Shown piece after piece: positions 34,340-48,139 of a stretch of DNA of 64,000 nt. The notes below the pieces were generated by a model, which was given only the letters and a program-made list of their open reading frames with translations, made no database searches and was not told the origin of the DNA. Origin of the DNA: Squalus acanthias (Eukaryota); the NCBI GenBank assembly GCA_030390025.1, contig CM059431.1:139750001-139814000 (forward strand), in the 5' to 3' direction. Each line of letters begins with the position of its first letter. Position 1 is the stretch's first letter. Position numbers and translations under genes: made by a program.

Positions 34340-37110
34340 TTATAATACACGAGGAGGCCATTCAGCCCGTGGATTCCGTGCTGGCTCTCTGCAAGAGCAC
34401 TTCAGCTAGACCCACTCCCTTGCCCTTACACCCTGGCCCTGCAGATTTTTCCTTCAGATACTTATCTAATTCCCTTTTGTAAGTCACGATTGAATCTGCC
34501 TCGACCACCATTTCAGGCAGTGCATTCCAGATCCTAACCACTCACTGCGTAAACAAAATTTTCCTCATGTGGCCGTTGGTTCTTCTACCGATCATCTTAA
34601 ATCTGTGTCCTTTTGTTCTCGATCCATCCACAAATGAGAACAGTTACTCTCTATCTGCTGTGTCTAGACCACTCATGGTTTTGAACACCTCTATCAAATC
34701 TCCTCTCAACCTTCTCTGCTATAAGAAGAAAAATCCCAGCTTCTCCAGTCTATCCACGTAACTGGAGTCCCTCATCCCAGGAACCATTCTTGTAAATCTT
34801 TTCTGCACCCTCTCTAAGGCCTTCACGTCCTTCCTAAAGTGTGGTGCCCAGAATTGGACAGAATACTCCAGTTGAGGTCGGACCAGTGTTTAATAAAGGT
34901 TCATCATAATTTCCTTGCTTTTGTACTCTATACCTCTATTTATGATCCCAGGATCCTGTAAGCTTTTTAATCGCTTTCTCAACCTGCCCTGCCACCTTCA
35001 ACAATTTGTGCCCATATACCCCCAGGATGATGCAGCCCCTTTAGAATTGTACCCTTCAGTTTATATTGCCTCTCCTCGTTCTTCCTATCAAAATGTATCA
35101 CTTGACACTTTTCTGCATTAAATTTCCGTCTGCTGCGTGTCCGCCCATTCCAGCAGCTTGCCTGCTCTCCTCTTGAAGTCATTCACTATCCTCACTGTTC
35201 ACTATACTTCCAGGTTTTGTGTCACCTTCAGATTTTGAAATTGTGCCCTGTATACCCAAATCCAAATCATTAATATATATCAAGAAAAACAGTGGTCCTA
35301 GTACTGACCCCTGGGGAACACCACTGTGTACCTTCCTCCAGTCCTAAAAGCAACCGTTCACCACTACTCTCTGTTTCCTGTCACTCAGCCAATTTCGGAT
35401 CCTTGCTGCCACTGCCCGTTTATTCCATGGGCTTCAACTTTGCTGACAAGACTATTATGTTGCACCGTATCAAACGCCTTTTGGTAGTCCATGTACACCA
35501 CATGAACCGCATTGCCTTCATCAACCCTCTCTGTTACCTCATCAAAAAACTCAATCAATTTAGTTAAACACGATTCGCCTTTAACAAATCCGTGCTGGCT
35601 TTCCTTAATTAATCCACACTTGTCCTGTTGAGTTTGTCGTTTCTAAATTTTTCCCCACTACCGAGGTTAAACTGACTGGCCTGCAGTTGCTGGGTTTATC
35701 CTTACACTTTTTTGAACAAGGGTGTAACATTTGCAATTCTCCAGTCCTCTGGCACCGCCCCCGTATCTATGGAGGATTGGAAGATTATGGCCAGGACCTC
35801 CGCAATTTCCACCATTACTTCCCTCAGTATCCTAGGATGCATCCCATCCGGTCATGGTGACGTATCTACTTTAAGTACAGCTAGCCTTTCTAGCACCTCC
35901 ACTTTATCAATTTTTATCCCATTCAGTATCTCAACTACCTCCTCTTTCGCTATGACTTTGGCAGCACCTTCTTTCTTTGTAAAGACAGATGCAAAGTTCT
36001 CATTTAGTACGTCAGCCATGCCCTCTGCCTCCATGTGTAGTTCTTCTTTTTGATCCCGAATCGCACCCACCATTCCACTTACTACCCGTTTACTATTTAT
36101 ATGCCTACAGAAGACTTTTTGATTCCCTTTAATGTTAGCTGCCAGTGTTTCTCACATGCTCTCCTAGCCCCTCTTATTTCCTTTTTCACTTTCCCTCTGA
36201 ACTTTCTATATTCAGCCTCATTATCACTTATATTCTCAACCAACATCTGTCATAAGGGCTCTTTTTATGCTTCATCTTACTCTCTATCTCTTTCATCATC
36301 CATGGAGCTCTGATTTTAGTTACCCTACCTCTCCCTCTCGTGGAATGTACCTCGACTATACCCGAACATTCTCCTCTTTAAAGGCAGCCCATTGTTCAAT
36401 TACAGTTTGGCCTGCCGATCTTTGATTCTAATTTCACCGGGCCAGATCCATTCCCACCCCACTGAAATTGCCCTTCCACCAATTTGCTATTTCACTCTAG
36501 CTTGCTCCCTGTCCTTTTCCATAGCTAATCTAAACTTTATGATTCTAAGTTCTCTGTTCCCTAAATATGCCCCTACTGTCAATTGTTCCACTTGACCCAT
36601 CTCATTCCCCAGGACCAGATCCAGCAATGCCTCCTTCCTCCTTGAGACAGAATCGGACTGATCAAGAAAGAACACACTTCATAAATTCTTCCCCCTCTCT
36701 GACCTTTACACTATTACTATCCCAGTCTATATTAGGATAATTGAAGTCCCCATTATCACTATTCTATAGTTCTTGCACCTCTCTAAAATTTCCCTGCTAA
36801 TTTTCTGCTCTATATACTTCCCACTAGTTGGTGGCCTATAGAATACACCTAGTTATCCCATATTACAGCAGTGACTACAATCCAAAAGTACTTCATTGGC
36901 TGTAAAGCGCTGTGAGACATCCAGTGGTCATGAAAGGCGTTATATATATGCAAGTCATTTTTTCTTTCTTTCTATTAGTGTAATGGCACCTCTACTGTTT
37001 TTTTTAACTCTAACCAAATAGATTCTGTCCTTGACCCCTTCAGGACATCCTTTCTCTCCAGCACTGTAATATTCTTCTTAATCAATACTGCAACCCCACC
37101 TCCGTTGTTT
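34340..37110 (-). mobile_element. CR1 LINE ORF2, long degraded copy
   Basis: Minus-strand fragments LLDLVLGNEMGQV, MADVLNENFASVFTK, KFNAEKCQVIHF; 3' UTR near 34340-34520. Confidence 0.88.
36858..36972 (+). mobile_element. 3' fragment of a Deu-type SINE nested in CR1
   Basis: cattggctgtaaagcgct...gtggtcatgaaaggcgttatata...tttctttctttc, reverse complement of 48140-48255. Confidence 0.75.
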
Positions 37111-38019
37111 CCTTCCCTGTCTTTCCTGAACACCAATGGTTAACGTGTTCATTCCTTTGCTTTCTATTTTACATGTTGATATTAGATGATGTGGTTGATT
37201 ACACATCGCATTCTCACGATTGGAGCTGGGTTGAGATGCATCGCTGACTGATGGAATTAAAATCCCTGCTTATATCTGACTCGGGCCTTAAATAGAGTTG
37301 GTCAGCTCAATCCAGTGAAATGTGAACGTGCCTCTTAAACAGAATAGTCCAGAACTCACCATCACTTCCCACAGGAGCTGGATGACAGCTGATTAGTAGA
37401 GCTTGGGGTCCACGGGGACTGAAACCATGTGGCGTTTGGCATTTGGATAAACTCAGGATGATCCGGGACGTTCGAAAGTGACGGGTAAAGGGCGCCCTTC
37501 ATCACAATTAATAAATGAAGCCCATTCACATTTAAAGCACTGAGGCTATTGTTAGAGTAAGGTTTTCAATAAGGTTGTAATTTGAAGTGAGGTGTCACCG
37601 GTTTATTCAGCACGCGGTACATGCAATAGTATTAAACACACACTTAAAAGGCACAAATTACAGCCACATCTGATGATGGTTGTTGGTGATGGAGTCAAAA
37701 GTTTACGGTTCTGAGCTCAGTATCTTAGGCTTTTAAAAATTCAAAGACTCATTACAAACAGCTCGTTTTATACATTGCTCTCACTCCCGCTACGTGGGAA
37801 TCGATATAATTCTGTAATGCCTAATTTTATAAAAGTTAAAATTCAAATAACAACTAACCACCATTGTAACACATTGTTTCGACACTAAAGAAAACTTTAA
37901 CTATTAATTAAACTGAACGACTCATTCCAGTACCTGCGGTGTGAGGCAGTTAACGCTGATGCCCACATGTTCTACTCCACTGCTGAAAAACAGTCATGAC
38001 TGTTCTTTTAGACTATTAC

Positions 38020-38665
38020 GTAGCATTTACAGCAGTGAAACAGGCCATTCGGCCCAACAGGTTCATGCTGGTGTTTATGCTCCCCACGAGCCTCCTTCCA
38101 CCCCTCTTCCTCTAACCCCATCACCATATCCTTCCATCTCTTTCTCCCATATGTGCCTATCCAGCTTCCCATTAAATACATCTGTTATTCGCGTAAACTA
38201 CTCCATGTGGTAGCGAGTTCCACATTCCCACCACTCTCTGGGTAAAGGAGTTTCTCCTGAACTCCCTATTGGATTTATTAGTGACTATCCTTTATTTATG
38301 GTCCCTAGTTCCAGTCTCCCCCGCAAGTGGAAACATCTTCCCTACGTCGACCAATGAAACCCTTTCATAATCTTAAAGACCTCTATCAGGTCACCCCTCA
38401 GCCTTTCCTTTTCTAGGGAAAGCTTTCCTGATAGTTATACACTGTCAGTTCTCGTATCATCCCAGTAAATCTTTATTTACACCTTCTCCATTGTCTTTAT
38501 ATCCTTGTTTATAATATGGAGACCGGAAGTGTGCGCAGTTCTCCAAGTGTGGTCTAACCAAGGTTCGATACAAGTTTAATACAACGCAGCTGTTTTGCAA
38601 CTCTATTCCTCTAGAAATAAGCACTAGTGCTCGGTTTGCTTTTTCTGGCCTTATTAACCTGCCTC
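38020..38665 (-). mobile_element. CR1 LINE 3' fragment
   Basis: Reverse complement carries ttggttagaccacacttggagaactgcgcac (LVRPHLENCA), tttacccagagagtggtgggaatgtggaactc and the CR1 tail. Confidence 0.85.
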
Positions 38666-38692
38666 ATTAACATCTTGTTATTGTTGATAATG

Positions 38693-38862
38693 GAGTTATT
38701 GACTGAGCTCAGCAAACAATCTCTGATCAATTACACTACAACAACAACTTGAGTTATTGACTGAGCTCAGCAAACAATCTCTGATCAATTACACTACAAC
38801 AACTTGTGTTATTGACTGAGCTCAGCAAACAATCTCTGATCAATTACGCTACAACAACAACT
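38693..38862. repeat. ~55-58 bp tandem repeat x3
   Basis: gttattgactgagctcagcaaacaatctctgatcaattacactacaacaac repeated. Confidence 0.92.
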
Positions 38863-39107
38863 TGCATTGATAGGAAATCTCTTTCAATGTTGAGCGGGAA
38901 GGGCGCTGTTTTAGCGGGAATCGATTATGTTCACCCGGGGAAAGCAGCAGACATCAAACACCCGGCACAAAGTAGAGGAAATGTTTTCTGATTCCTGTTC
39001 ATTTTCACAAAAACAATTGGATTCCGTCCCAACAGAAAGACGGTCATTCCAAAATAGAACACGGGCTGTAATTGAACTTTAGCGAGCACAGGAAGCCTTG
39101 GGTTAAT

Positions 39108-39996
39108 GTTACATTTATTTAACCAATATCAGAATCAATGTCCAAGGAGATTTAACCACATTCCTCAGCTCTTCTCTGAATTTATTTTGTGTAGCTGCAT
39201 AAACAGGAACACAAGAGCTTATATCCGGTTTCTGTGGCGATGTCGGCAGGAACTGTATAATTGCCTCCGTAATGCGCGGTGTTTTTCAGTCTGGTAGTTA
39301 AAAAACTAACGATAGCCGTCACCCTCAACACTATAAAACTGCCCGATACAGTGAACAGTAAAATGATGGATTTACTTCGGTTCCCCATCTCTGGATCGCT
39401 CTGATTCTCACTGCTGTGACCACGGAGTCTCCTGCGGGCTCTACTGGACACTAAAACACGTCTGATTGTCAAACAATTAAACAGTAATATCAAAGCAAAA
39501 GGAATCCACATCGTTGAAATACCTTGTAACCGGGAGAACACGACACCTGCAGGCGATGAAACATAATCCAGTCCGGGGTAACAAACCCAATGAATATGGT
39601 TAATTATTCGATCAGGTTTATAGGCAATCAAATCTGGAATGTTTTGTAAATAGATCAGGACACAGACCGTTGTTATAGCCACAGCCGTAGTTCTCACTCT
39701 GCAATAATTTGTTTAAAACTTCGGACAACATATAGCTACAAATCGGTCAACTGTGAACCAGATTGTAAACCACACCGACATATCCAGGCTGGTAGAATTG
39801 ATATAAATAATGATCTTACAAACGGCAGTGTAGGACAGGAAGGAATGTGGAAAGTGATTTGTACAAATGTGATACCCTATTACATTGAGGATCAGGACCA
39901 GTAGATCTGCTGTTGCCATGGCCACCATGTAGACAGAGATACACTTGGAAAGGTCGCAGTTTCCTCCGGAGAGAATCACCATTGTCAGTAGGTTCG
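39108..39996 (-). pseudogene. GPR139-like class A GPCR pseudogene (exon 2 only)
   Basis: ANLLTMVILS...YMVAMATADLLV...FTVDRFVAICC; nonsense TAA at 39713-39715; frameshifting deletion in TM7 near 39205; no exon 1 found upstream. Confidence 0.9.
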
Positions 39997-40715
39997 CTCT
40001 GAGAAAGAGAGACAAGAGGTCAGTAACAGGGACACTCGGATAAATCTCACAGCTTATTGTGGGGAAATGTTGAGATGTGTTCCTTTTATTTTTAATATAG
40101 GTGAGCGACATGTTGTTGACATTTTGTTCAAAAGAAATGCATGATTCTGCACTCACTGTAGAGGGACTGAGAATTACCATCCTTCCACCACACTTCAGTC
40201 AGACGTTGTCCAGGTGGCGCGGGGAGGAGGGTCGCTCGGATTCAGTATCGGGAATGGACACGGAGAGCGATCCCCACCACCACAGACACCCAGGCACTGA
40301 TATAGGAGGATATTAACTTTGTGCGATAAAGTAAAAACGGCGACATTGGATCAGCCGTCCGTCATACATCTCTCCCCGATTGTCATTTCAATCACTATCG
40401 CCCCTGACACTAGACTGAGCCTCCATTCACAGTCTAACTGTGCGGTCCAGGTGAAGCCGAAGTACCTCGAAGGGAGGGTGCAGTTACAGATAAAAGACCC
40501 TTAAAGGGCAACCTTGGGTGGTTCTGTATAGTCATAGTTCATATTGGATAGTCAATAAAGAAGCGGATTGCCTTACATACACAAAAACACACATTCCATT
40601 GCAGTGTGGAGCGCTGAAACCATCCCGCCATGAGGCTGGTACCATGTGATGCACCGAGCCAATTTGATGAGTTACTACAGCGGCCCCAGGGAGCAATCGA
40701 TGGAATTTTACATTT

Positions 40716-41066
40716 AGAGTCATACAGCACAGAAAGAGGCCCTTCGGCCCATCGTATTCGCGCCGGCCATCAAGCCCTGTCGATTCTAATCCCATTTTCC
40801 AGCACTTGGTCCGTAGCATTGTATGCTATGGTGTTTCAAGTGCTCATCTAAATGCTTCTTGAATGTGTGAGGTTTCCTGCCTCTGCCACCCTTTCAGGCA
40901 GTGAGTTCCAGATTCCAACCATCCTCTGGGTGAAAAAGTTTTTCCTCAGATCCACTCTAAACCTCCTGCCCCTTACCTTGAAGCTATGCCCCCTGGTTAT
41001 TGACCCCTCTACTAAGGGGAAAATTTCCTTTCTATCTACCCTATCTACGCCCCTCATAATTTAGTA
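40716..41066 (-). mobile_element. CR1 3' fragment, inserted after the GPCR duplication
   Basis: MRGVDRVDRKEIFPL...FFTQRMVGIWNSLP; empty site ttttacatttaatctcatcgg at 50521-50541 in the paralog. Confidence 0.9.
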
Positions 41067-41449
41067 CATAATTTAATCTCATCGGTTTAATTGGCGAGTG
41101 GTATCTCGGGAGCGGCATCAGATGTCATCTGTATTCAATATAATTTACAAATAATAAATGGAAAGATATAAATGCAAACATTACATTCAGCTGGAACACA
41201 AAGCATTATACCCACAAACCGCGACCGCTGCTGCAGACCAGGGGATCACAGGATGGTGAAAATAACAACCATCGCAAAGAAATGAAGGGACACCTGATCA
41301 GTGAACTCCTGGTAAACTAGGGATGTGAGTAGGAGCTGGATCTCCAAATAGAGAAATACTACTGATTAAAAAGGATTCGATTCCTGAACTTACTGTTCAT
41401 AGAGTTAATCCCATGGGGCTGAGGGCTCAGGAGTAAAACTGTGAGAAAG

Positions 41450-41900
41450 GCCTTGATGCTTGTGACTGCTCCCGTGAGACGACGCACTGGATCCCACAGA
41501 CCATGGAGGGAGTGCAAGGTACTGAAGGATTCTTTCCCGGCTCTTTAAAGAGAGGAAACATTCCGGACAGACCATTCCGGACACAAAGCGATAGTCCCAG
41601 AAATCCCCGACCCATGGGCACAGCTCTTGGAGTCTGTCCACAGCTGAATGGGACCTTGAGGTCCAGTGTCGATTGATGGAAATTTAGCCCCAGCATCAAT
41701 GGGTCTCAGACCCTCTTCGCCGAATTCACTGATCACTGGCCACTCTGAGCAAAGCCGAGCCGCTCCCGCCATGGCCAGCGATTCCGACAGGGGAATGTTG
41801 GCTTTTACAGCCCGCAGCAAAGGGCTTTCACCCATTGCTGGACTTTCTGAGTTCAATTGGTTCCAGTCATTCTGCAATAAACTGAATCTACCCAGCATCA
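41450..41900 (-). mobile_element. Possible highly degraded Tx1/L1-clade LINE fragment
   Basis: Frame fragments EWSVRNV and HKHQGL recall the post-RT region of Tx1-like ORF2; weak, by-eye similarity only. Confidence 0.3.
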
Positions 41901-41939
41901 CCCGGGGTGTCATTTTCAAACTCTAACACTGTGCTGGGA

Positions 41940-42495
41940 CTGCATTGTAGTGTCGGCCAAAGGGAGCACATGGGCCTCAGCAACAGACTCAGAGAGACTC
42001 CCAGTACAACATGGTTTCATTCCCCACACCAGCCCCATTGTAATATCGGCCAAAGAAAGCACATGGGCCTCAGCAACAGACTCAGAGAGACTCCCAGTAC
42101 AACATGGTTTCATTCCCCACACCAGCCCCATTGTAGTATCGGCCAAAGGCAGCACATGGGCATGAGAAACAGACTCAGAGAGACTCCCAATACAACATGG
42201 TTTCATTCCCCACACCAGCCTCATTGTAGTGTCGGCCAAAGGCAGCACATGGGACTCAGCAACAGACTGAAAGAGACTCCCAGTACAACATGGTTTCATT
42301 CCCCACACCAGCCCCATTGTAGTATCGGCCAAAGGCAGCACATGGGCCTCAGCAACAGATTAAGAGAGACTCCCAATACAACATGGTTTCATTCCCCACA
42401 CCAGCTCCATTGTAGTATCGGCCAAAGGCAGCACATGGGCCTCAGCAACAGATTCAGAGAGCCTCCCAGTACAACAGGGATTTAATCCCCACACC
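41940..42495. repeat. Minisatellite, 93 bp unit, ~6 copies
   Basis: cattgtagtatcggccaaaggcagcacatgggcctcagcaacagactcagagagactcccagtacaacatggtttcattccccacaccagccc. Confidence 0.95.
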
Positions 42496-42819
42496 CGTGC
42501 CAATGTCGTCTCTCTAAGGGGAATTTCCTGCCACTTTTGCAGGGCCAGGATTGTTTTCTGTGGTGCGGGCCGATAATATAATGAACTGACGCTGATTTTA
42601 TGAACTAACTAGGACTAGAGAAAGGTCTCTGGTTTCACACAACAGACCTGGTGTGACCAACACTCACATTGGACAAGACTGCATAAAACAGGAAGCTTCA
42701 TCAATGATTGGAAAGGCTGCGAATCCCATCAGTAGAGGATTTTTTCAAGGTGAGATTCTATCAAGCTATTGGGCGCCGTTTAATTTTTGGCAAAAGGCTC
42801 GGTATTTGATGCGATAATT

Positions 42820-43503
42820 TGACTGTGGATTCACTGGTATGTAAAGCTCGCCCATACCTGACCTGGGAGTGCGTGATGTTTACATGTACAGGGATTTCTG
42901 TCCTGTATTCATACCATGCTGTGCGTGAGATGGTGAGCTTCATTGGGTAAGAGGAGCTGTACGCTGCTTTGGCCACATGCTGTATTTGAGTTCACTGTGC
43001 TTGATGAACGATAATACAGTGTGATTAACAATGTATCCAAATCCTGTCTACCTGCCCTGTGAGTGTTTGATGGAACAGTGTCGAGGGAGCTTTCTGTATG
43101 CGAACCGTGCTGTACCTCACCTTGGAGTCTTTGATGGGATAGTATGGAAGGAGCTTTACTCTGTATCTACCCCGTGCTGGACCTGTCGTGAGAGTCTTTG
43201 ATGGGATAATGTGGTGGGAGCTTTACTCTCTATGTAACGCATGCTATTCCTGACCTGGGAGACTTTGATGGGATAGTGTGGAGGGAGCTTCACTCTATAT
43301 CTACCCGGTGCTGGACATATTGTGGGAGTCTTTGATGGGATAGTGTGAAGGGTGATTTACTCTGTATGTGACCCGTGCTTGACCTGTCGTGGGAGTATTT
43401 TATCGGCAGTTTAAATATGCTTTACACTGTATGTAACCCATGTTGTACCTGAATTGGCAGTGTTTGATGGGACGGTGTAGAGGTAGCTTTAATCTGCATG
43501 TAT
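42820..43503. repeat. Degenerate ~67 bp satellite
   Basis: Recurring gagctttactctgtatct..ccgtgctg.acctg...gggagt.tttgatggga.agtgt. Confidence 0.88.
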
Positions 43504-43504
43504 A

Positions 43505-46113
43505 TGTTGCCTTTAAGCAGCAGCAGCAGCAGCAGTAACCCTGTCACGAGCCAGTTGCTGAAGGGCCAGAGATTGTCCACAGGGGCCTTTCACTTGGCAT
43601 CAGAGGTCTCCAGTCACGGGGAAGGGGAAAGCACAGGACGCAGTAGGGTGTCACCTTTTGCAAAATGCACCTCCTTCGATCCTCAGGCACAGTTGCGACG
43701 GGGATATCTGTCAATTTTTTAATGTTTGCTGTTATTTAAATGCTGGCGTTGTGTTATTTCGTGAAATTTATATTTGTGACTCATAGCGTATTTAACCATT
43801 TCGTTTTATATGTAAAGCCTCCAGTCACTTTATTTCTTTATTCAACTTTTTTTTATTAACAACCAATTGAACATTACAACTGTTTAAACAATTAGTAAAT
43901 AGCTAGATTTCATCTTGAATGAAAAGTCTTTATTGCGCTAAGTAACGCAAAAAGTCACATTAAACGGTTTACATTTTTTATCAACCAATTTATCTTTGCA
44001 AATGTTTACAAAGTAGAAAATAGCTAGCTAACAATTTGTATTTCAAGACGAAGAACATCAAAACAGTATAACAAAAGTCTTTAATGGTGCAATAAACATT
44101 TACTGTTTCACTTTAAATTATATCTGTTCTTTTCTGATCCTTGCTGGGGGAGGGGGAGGTAGGAGGCGACACTATCATCACCTCGGAAACGTGTTGGCTA
44201 CTGGCAGTTCCCTGGCAGCTTTGGCTTCGGCAGCACTTGGCTCCTCCCCATCAGGCCTGGCCACAAAGATGTTGGCATCCTCCATGTCCTCCATTTCAGC
44301 AGGGAGCTTGTCTGCAGGGTTAGGGCCAGTCCTTCCCGCAGGGCAAAGTTATGCAAAGCACAAAAGGCCACCACAATCTTTGCCACTTTCAGAGCAGAAT
44401 ACTGCAAACTCCCCCCCGCGTCCTGTCCAGGCACCGGAAGCGTGATTTCAGAACCCCGATTGTCCTCTCCACCACTTGCCGTGTGGACACGTGTGCCTGG
44501 AAGTATCTCTCCTGAGCCTCATTACTGGTCCTGCGGTATGGTGTCATCAACCATGGTTTTATCGGGTAGCCCTTGTCGCCCAATATCCATGCGGATCCTG
44601 GAGGCAATGCACTGCGAGTGCTATATAAGTCTGAGTGACGGAGGACGAAGGAGTCATGAGCACTTCCCCGGTGAACTGCATTCATGTTTAGGATCCTGAG
44701 TTGCGCATCACAGACGATTATTACATTTAATGAATGAAAACCCTTCCTGTTGTTGTATGTCAGAGGTGCATTAATTGGTGGCTTCAGTGCAACATGAGTT
44801 CCATCGACGGCCCCAATCCCTTTGGGGAAGCCAGCAATCCTATAAAATAAAAGGGCTCCTCTCCTTTTGCTGCCGAGTGGACAAGTCGAAGTCTATGAAC
44901 TCTGAAGCCCTGCGGAATATGGCATCTGTAACCTGGTGAAAGTAGGCCCTCGAGCACTCTGGGAGATGTTTGAAATGTCACAGGTGCCTGACTGAACTGA
45001 CCCGAGTGCAAAGAAGTTCAGTGCTGTGGTTACCTTCATGGACACTGACAAGCCAGTGCGGGTCTTCGAGTGTGTTTGAAGGCCGTCATTCAACATGTCA
45101 CATAGTAGGTCAAATGTTTCTTTACAAAATTGCAGCCTGCTCATACACAAATCCTGCAACAGCATCTGAAAAGACAGCCTCTCCCTGTACCCTCTCTGGG
45201 TGGGCAGTAGTTCCTCCTGATTAGGTAGCGGTCTTGGTTCCTCAGTCTTCATTGTTGTTCCCTGGCGTTTTCGATTCTATGGGCCAGAATCACACAACAG
45301 ATAGGGGCAAACTCCTCATGAGGCATGATTCTCCCTCACAGGCTTCCTCTTTAAATAGATGCAGTAACTGTTGGGAAGAAATGGAAAGAGTTGTAAACGT
45401 CATATTAATAAAGTGAGTGGTTAGAAATTCACGGCGGGCGGTGGCGGGAAACGGACGGTATCGGATCGGCCGCCCGTCAGACCCGACTGATCAATATCAC
45501 CGCCCGAGAACAATTTCTAAGACTTTTAAAACATTTTACAAAGTCATACATTAATTTTTAAACAGCATAAAAAAGTTAACATTTAAAACATTCATATATT
45601 TTGGCATAATTTTAAACATGAGTAAATGTGAACAAAATCATTTTTAAACAGTCATTTTCAAGTTTAAAAAAAATAAATCTATTTGAATGGAATGCTCACC
45701 TTGTCCACAGCGAAAGTTCCTCTTCTAATCACCGACACTCCTCAGAACTAGATTCAAAACCAAAGAAATATTTAACAAATTAAAGTTGTTAAAAACTTAA
45801 ATCAGGCTTTTAGTCAAGAACTTTGTTAACATTTAAAGTTAAAACAGTCCGCTTTCCAGCCCCCTGACTTCCACGTCTTCTTCCTGCTTCTTCTTTAGAT
45901 AGAATGTCGGCTGTCCGCCTGCTTTATTTCTGTCGTTGCAGAATCGTCAGTAACTGCTGGCCAGTAGTTGGAAAATTAGCGCAAATCTGCGCCAGATTGC
46001 AATTTCCGATTTTTTAGCGTATACGCTTTGCATGCCTAAACCCGGAACTTGCGCGGCCCCTACGGACTCGTGCGCAAGTCATACGCACCCATAGGTCCGC
46101 AAAATACGGCCCC
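43505..46113. mobile_element. Second PIF/Harbinger copy, left-truncated and degraded
   Basis: Collinear with 27443-30964 (Myb gene 3' end with CAG tract, AT-rich convergent UTRs, transposase, internal hairpin); right end aaaatacggcccc with subterminal motifs matching end type L. Confidence 0.88.
44178..45326 (-). pseudogene. Harbinger transposase pseudogene
   Basis: Frameshifted pieces MKVTTALNFFALGS, RGSAHDSFVL...WILGDKGYP...RQVVERTIGVLKSRFRCLD, VVAFCALHN. Confidence 0.92.
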
Positions 46114-46429
46114 GTGTAAACCACAGAAACTGTTGAATTGTAGCTTGCCTCAGCAGCAGAAGTTCCATTACCCTTTTCATGTTAACAATCCGATGACAAA
46201 CATAAAAAGGGCACAGGAATACCGGGCACCTGAATATGTGCGAGACACTGCTCTTTATCCACTAGGTAATGTGGATCATGACGAGCTGTTTAACCTTGTC
46301 CAGGACTGTAAAACCAGAGGACATGGCCTGAGATTGGTGGGGGTAAATTCAAAACTAATTTCTGGAACAGTTATTTCAATGAGCGACGGTCTATCTATGG
46401 AACAGACTTGCTCCTAATCTTTCGAATGA

Positions 46430-46970
46430 AAACTAGAGGACAGGGGAATTCAGCGAACACGAGAAGCATAAATAGAAATAGAATAAAGGGGAATTCAGGG
46501 GAACAATGTAAATGTTTAATTGGAAATGTAGAACAGGAACATTAAGTGGAACCAACGAACTGTTAATTAGAAATATAATAAAATAATATAGGGGAACTCA
46601 GTAATGGCTTATTTAGAAATAGAGGACAGTTGAATACGGCAACTGATATTAGAAATAGGGACCAGCGGAACACAATAACCCTTCATTCAGAAGTAGGGGA
46701 CAGGGGAAGACAGCAACGGTTCAATTAGAAATAGAGGACAAGGGAATTCAGGGGAATAAACTAACTTTCCAATTAGAAATAGAATAAAAGGAGACATGGG
46801 GTAACACAGTAAATAACTGTTTATTTAAAAGTAGTGGACTGGGGAGACAGTAACTGTTTATTTAGAAATAGAGGAGATGGGAATGTCAGGGAAACACAGT
46901 AACTGTTTAATTAGAAATAGAGAAGCACAAGGGAATACAACAATTGGTTAATTAGAAACAGGGAACGGGG
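46430..46970. repeat. Degenerate purine-rich tandem repeat
   Basis: Recurring taactgtttaattagaaatagaggacagggga. Confidence 0.8.
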
Positions 46971-48139
46971 AATCACAACCACACCAGATTGAATGTGGCA
47001 CGGTAATGTAATGGTTAATTATTCACGCCTTTGCTTTCCATTTTACCTGTGGAGTTTGGATGATGTGGTTGACTGCACGCCGCCTTCTCAGGATTGTAGC
47101 TGGGTGCAGAACATCTCTGACTGATGGAACTAAAACCTCTGCCGGCTGCCTGACTCGGGCCTTAAATACTACTGGTTGTCCGCATCCAGGTAAATGAGAA
47201 TGTGGCTCTTACACAAAACCGCCGGCAACTAATCTCCACTTTCCCCAGAATCTGGATGCCAGCCGGACTGGCAGAGCCCGGGCTCCACGGGGCCCTGCAA
47301 ACAGAGGATTTTGGTTTTGGAGAACGTCTGGGTCAAGGGGAACGTTAAAGAGTGACGGGTAAAACGGAGTCTTAATCACAGTTAATAAATGGAGCCCATT
47401 CACAATTAAAGTACAAAGGTTATTGTCAGCATAAGCTTTTCAATAATGCTCTGGAACATTGGAGTGAGGTGTCATAGGTTTATTAAGCACATAATACAGG
47501 CAATAGTACTTACACACACACTTGTGGAGACCCAAACATGTCACAGTCCTGAGCTCAGTATCTTAGGCCTTTACCAAATCGAACAAATTTATATACATTT
47601 TTCTCACTCCCTGTACTTCACAATCCTCGCAATTCTGCATTATATAATGATATCAAATTTAAAATAAAACTCCACACATATATATTTTAATTGATTTATC
47701 TGATCGATAGTTTCACTCTTGGTCCATATAATTGCAACTGCACCAAGTGAAACCTTTAACAGTAAGACTGTCTGTTTCTGTATCTCTTGTACTAATTGAA
47801 AATGATGATGGATGCCCGGATGTTTTGCTTTGCAGAACTAACTCTCTTCCCAAACTGTTTCCAAATGATGAAAGGTCGCTGAAATTGCTGAATCTGTTTG
47901 AAATGACATAAGTTTAATTAAATCGCTTATTACGTCATCATGAAACTGAGCATTGCTGCAGGGTCAGCCCTGTCCCAATAGCCCAGTGGTACTTCAAACA
48001 GATCAGTACTTCCCTGCTTAACAGGACGAGGCTAAAGGTTAACATTGCTACAATAGAAAGACGAACCAATACAGTATCACATTAGCAGACTTTAAGATAT
48101 TCTGATTAGCGGGAAATGATTATATTCACCCGGGGTAAC

